Source of the DNA: Candidatus Micrarchaeia archaeon
GTDB taxonomy: Archaea > Micrarchaeota > Micrarchaeia > Burarchaeales > JAVZCV01
DNA length: 30,991 nucleotides
Assembly: GCA_038874215.1 (NCBI GenBank)
Contig: JAVZCV010000013.1
Span: forward strand, 1 to 30,991
Direction: 5' to 3'
A model generated the notes under the pieces. The model made no database searches. It was not told the DNA's origin and was given only the letters and a program-made list of their open reading frames with translations. The position numbers were made by a program, and so were the translations under genes. Positions 28,155-30,991 of this stretch are shown in pieces (positions within the stretch are counted from its first letter, which is position 1; every line of letters begins with the position of its first letter).

Positions 28155-28964
28155 CTAACCCAAAATAGACATACGCCTATACCTATATAAATAATAAGAA
28201 ACAGAAAGCAACAAAATCCCCACCACAACATACCAATAGGCACTCACAAAGTGCCTTATTGCGCTTTCAATATCTGCGAAAAACTCCGAAACCTCAACAT
28301 CTATTGGTTCTATCAGCCCAAAAGAAAGCTCAAGCCCGACAGTCGTTTTGCTGCTTTGCGTTGCCCACGATAATTCTCTCACATCCCTATACGGAGGCTC
28401 TTTTCCCTGGGGTATATTATCAGGCTTTGGGGAAACAGCAAGAATATTTGCACCTTCTGGAAGCCGAATAGTTAGATTCGTGAATTCTGGAAGAACGATA
28501 GCTCCCGTCGGGGAATTCTCAAATGAGAGCACCTCCTTTTTCAGCGTGAAATTCACCGTTCGTGGTTTCGTGCGGTTGGTGTAAAAAATCGGTTTAAGGG
28601 TGTCGTACTCTATTCGTATCGTAGCTCTGCATGTTCCCTCAATCGTGTTGCACTCCGTTCTTCTCTGCGGCAATACCTGTATGTTTGCAGGGAGAGCATG
28701 CTGCGCATCGGTGTGGAGGCGTATGTCTTCAACACCCGTAAGATTCCTCCACCTGTCTATCGTAGTCCCAACATTGCTCATGCTAATTTCGTATTTTCTT
28801 ATAGAATCGTTTGAATCCATAAACAACCCGATAACTTCCACTATGTGTGCAGTCCCATTCTTCTTTACATCAATAATTACTGAAAGAGTTGTTCTGTTGA
28901 ATGCCGCATTAACTGTTAACGAGGATAAAAAGAGGAATGATAAAGCGAGCACGAGAACTCTCAT
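28155..28964 (-). CDS. Hypothetical secreted, C-terminally membrane-anchored surface protein
   Basis: N-terminal signal peptide (MRVLVLALSFLFLSSLTVNA), C-terminal TM segment followed by YRYRR, and seven N-x-S/T sequons. Confidence 0.8.
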   Translation of the reverse strand: MRVLVLALSFLFLSSLTVNAAFNRTTLSVIIDVKKNGTAHIVEVIGLFMDSNDSIRKYEISMSNVGTTIDRWRNLTGVEDIRLHTDAQHALPANIQVLPQRRTECNTIEGTCRATIRIEYDTLKPIFYTNRTKPRTVNFTLKKEVLSFENSPTGAIVLPEFTNLTIRLPEGANILAVSPKPDNIPQGKEPPYRDVRELSWATQSSKTTVGLELSFGLIEPIDVEVSEFFADIESAIRHFVSAYWYVVVGILLLSVSYYLYRYRRMSILG

Positions 28965-29013
28965 ATTCCTACTAATGCGTGGGAATATTTAAATTAAATG
29001 CCTTTATTTAAAT

Positions 29014-29691
29014 ATGGCTGACCATTCGCTTGAATACGTAGGCCATTCAACATTTATATGGAATGCGCACGATAAAGTGTTCTTATTTGATCCATATTTT
29101 GGGGATATAAGGTTCCGAGGAAAGCCTCGCGTTGTTCCCGCTTCCGAAAAGCCTAACTGGATAGATAAAGTAAACATAATATTCGTATCCCACGAGCACG
29201 AAACACACTGCGAGAAACCAAGCATAGAGGAGATAGTTAATCGGACTGGCGCCATGGTGGTAGCGCCAAAGCCAGCCCTATCTTCCATAAACATAGATGC
29301 TGCAAAAAAGGTTGATGTCAGGGTCGGCGATGATTTTAACCTTGAGGGCGTCCATGTCCGCGTTGTAAAGGCAGTCCACCCCCAATCAGAGTATCCCGTT
29401 GGATATATAGTTTCCTATGCTGGCATCTCAGTATACTATGCGGGGGATACATACGCATTCCACGAGATGCACCAGATAACTGCTGATTACTCTCTTATCC
29501 CGATTGGCGGCATGTTCACTATGGATGTTTTAGGGGCTTCCACTGCGTGCAGGATGCTGAGGACGAAGTACGTAGTACCCATGCACTACAACACGCACGA
29601 GATTATACGTCAAGATGCATCTGATTTAAACACTGGGAGGGCAAAACTTCTTGTTATGAAGCCTGGGGAAAGAATAGAGATGCGCCAATAA
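29014..29691 (+). CDS. Metallo-beta-lactamase-fold metal-dependent hydrolase (UPF0173-like)
   Basis: GHST, FDPY, SHEHETH, AVH, YAGDT, IPIGG.FTM and PMHY. Confidence 0.9.
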   Translation: MADHSLEYVGHSTFIWNAHDKVFLFDPYFGDIRFRGKPRVVPASEKPNWIDKVNIIFVSHEHETHCEKPSIEEIVNRTGAMVVAPKPALSSINIDAAKKVDVRVGDDFNLEGVHVRVVKAVHPQSEYPVGYIVSYAGISVYYAGDTYAFHEMHQITADYSLIPIGGMFTMDVLGASTACRMLRTKYVVPMHYNTHEIIRQDASDLNTGRAKLLVMKPGERIEMRQ

Positions 29692-29722
29692 CAAAATTTA
29701 AAAATGGTACAAATAAAATGAA

Positions 29723-30136
29723 ATGGGTGGTTTATTGATAACTGGCGGCAAAATAACCTATGTTGAAGCAAAGCGCGACAAGGACGATCCCGTTTCGGGT
29801 CTCAGCATAAACGTTGGAATAGATGATGTTGTAATTGAAGAAGGCGTTGTTGAGGTTAAATACACATACACTGTTAACTACACTGATGGTGTTGGCTCGC
29901 TCAAAATAGTTGGTTCAATATACGCAGAAGAAGAGCCAGATATGGTTAAAAGAATAAACGACGAATGGACAAAAAACCGACGGCTGCCAGACGATTTTGC
30001 CGAGACAATCATAAACAGCATAAACTATGCCTGCGGTACAAACGGCACCCTTGTTGTGAGACCGCTTAATCTGGCTGCACCCATGATACCGCCTCGTGTT
30101 CGCTTGGAGCAGCCAGCAGGCAGCAAGCGCGGCTGA
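29723..30136 (+). CDS. Hypothetical protein (beta-rich N-half, helical C-half)
   Basis: 137-aa ORF filling the gap with protein-like composition. The start could be TTG 29735 after GGGTGG. Confidence 0.75.
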   Translation: MGGLLITGGKITYVEAKRDKDDPVSGLSINVGIDDVVIEEGVVEVKYTYTVNYTDGVGSLKIVGSIYAEEEPDMVKRINDEWTKNRRLPDDFAETIINSINYACGTNGTLVVRPLNLAAPMIPPRVRLEQPAGSKRG

Positions 30137-30215
30137 TAATAAGCGTCGCATAAGTTCGTCTTTTGCCGTAAGACTGTTTAAATAGCCAGACTGAGAATTA
30201 TTAATAGGTGTAGCC

Positions 30216-30991
30216 ATGCAAACCGCCACTGGTGCAGTCCACCCCGAAAAGAAAAAGGAAGCTACTAACCTCATCGCAGTTGCATGCACGAGCGTAGGCA
30301 TTAGCTATGAAAAAGTTTATTCCGCACTTTACGATCCTGTCCCCAAAGACAAGGAAAGGGCAAGGGAAAACAAAATTCTCCTTCTTTTGCTCAGAGAGGA
30401 GTTAAAAAAAATGGCTTCTGCTAGTCAAGACCACGGGATGAGAATCGCCATAGAGGATGTAGAAATCGCATTGAAGAAGTATTCAAACGTTGATGTTTTT
30501 TCAAGTCGGGGTGAAGAAAAGGAAGAAGCACGTGCACTACCAAGCGCATATACAAAGTTAGAAAATACTCAGTCAGCTTTGAGAGAAAGGGCGAGAAGAG
30601 AAGCACCCGGCTCTGAGGAGCTTGAAACACTCGCACTAATAGACCTTCTTGGTGGTGAAAGACTGACAGCACCCGCAAAAGCCGAAATTCCCGTAGGACC
30701 GCTCGGGAAAATAGGTAATGAGAACTGGGAGATATACGATGTGCGGGTTTATGGTGATAGAACAGTCATGCTTGCAAGAGCACGCCTGGATGAAAAAACT
30801 ACCATATATGCCGTGATAGGTACTGAGGCGACGAGTTTTCTGGTTGAACACAGGCACGAAGGTCAGAGCATATGGTTCAGGCTAAGCAACACTAATGGGG
30901 TGAGGGGAGCAGCAGTTTATGATGAGCAGACAAGAAAATGGAACTACCACATCGCGGTTGATACCGATGGCAGATATCAACTTTCTGCTCT
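30216..30991 (+). CDS. Hypothetical protein, runs off the window end
   Basis: Not in the ORF track. Manual translation from ATG 30216 (MQTATGAVHPEKKKEATNLIAV...) is open for 258 codons to the end; AGGTG SD-like motif upstream. Confidence 0.75.
   Translation, partial: MQTATGAVHPEKKKEATNLIAVACTSVGISYEKVYSALYDPVPKDKERARENKILLLLLREELKKMASASQDHGMRIAIEDVEIALKKYSNVDVFSSRGEEKEEARALPSAYTKLENTQSALRERARREAPGSEELETLALIDLLGGERLTAPAKAEIPVGPLGKIGNENWEIYDVRVYGDRTVMLARARLDEKTTIYAVIGTEATSFLVEHRHEGQSIWFRLSNTNGVRGAAVYDEQTRKWNYHIAVDTDGRYQLSA

Overview
Archaeal chromosomal window with dense gene packing. The two-intron tRNA, AglB, PAC2, DUF2666 and archaeal PheS/PheT/RfcL point to a DPANN-like lineage, possibly Micrarchaeota; this is inference only. 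Positions 1-11.7 kb hold a protein N-glycosylation cluster: two paralogous GT2 genes sharing an exact 167-bp block around a Wzx/AglR-like flippase, a methyltransferase pseudogene, a GT4, an NDP-sugar pyrophosphorylase, two SDR epimerase/dehydratases, UDP-glucose dehydrogenase and a large AglB. A gene string diverges from aglB: geranylgeranyl reductase, UppS, DUF192, a type IV pilus/Tad-family ATPase, a TadB/C-like platform protein and PAC2. The ATPase carries an in-frame N-terminal ferredoxin domain with four Fe-S-type cysteine motifs, the most unusual item in the window. The rest is housekeeping: tRNA-Leu(TAA) with two introns (37/38 and T-loop 59/60), trmI, purA, tRNA-Thr(CGT) with a 55-nt intron, an FAD oxidoreductase, DUF2666, DUF4870, a YchF-family NTPase, rfcL, pheT/pheS, a sequon-rich surface protein, an MBL-fold hydrolase and two hypotheticals. 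I found no CRISPR array, integrase or transposase. All family calls come from motif recognition by eye; no searches were run.
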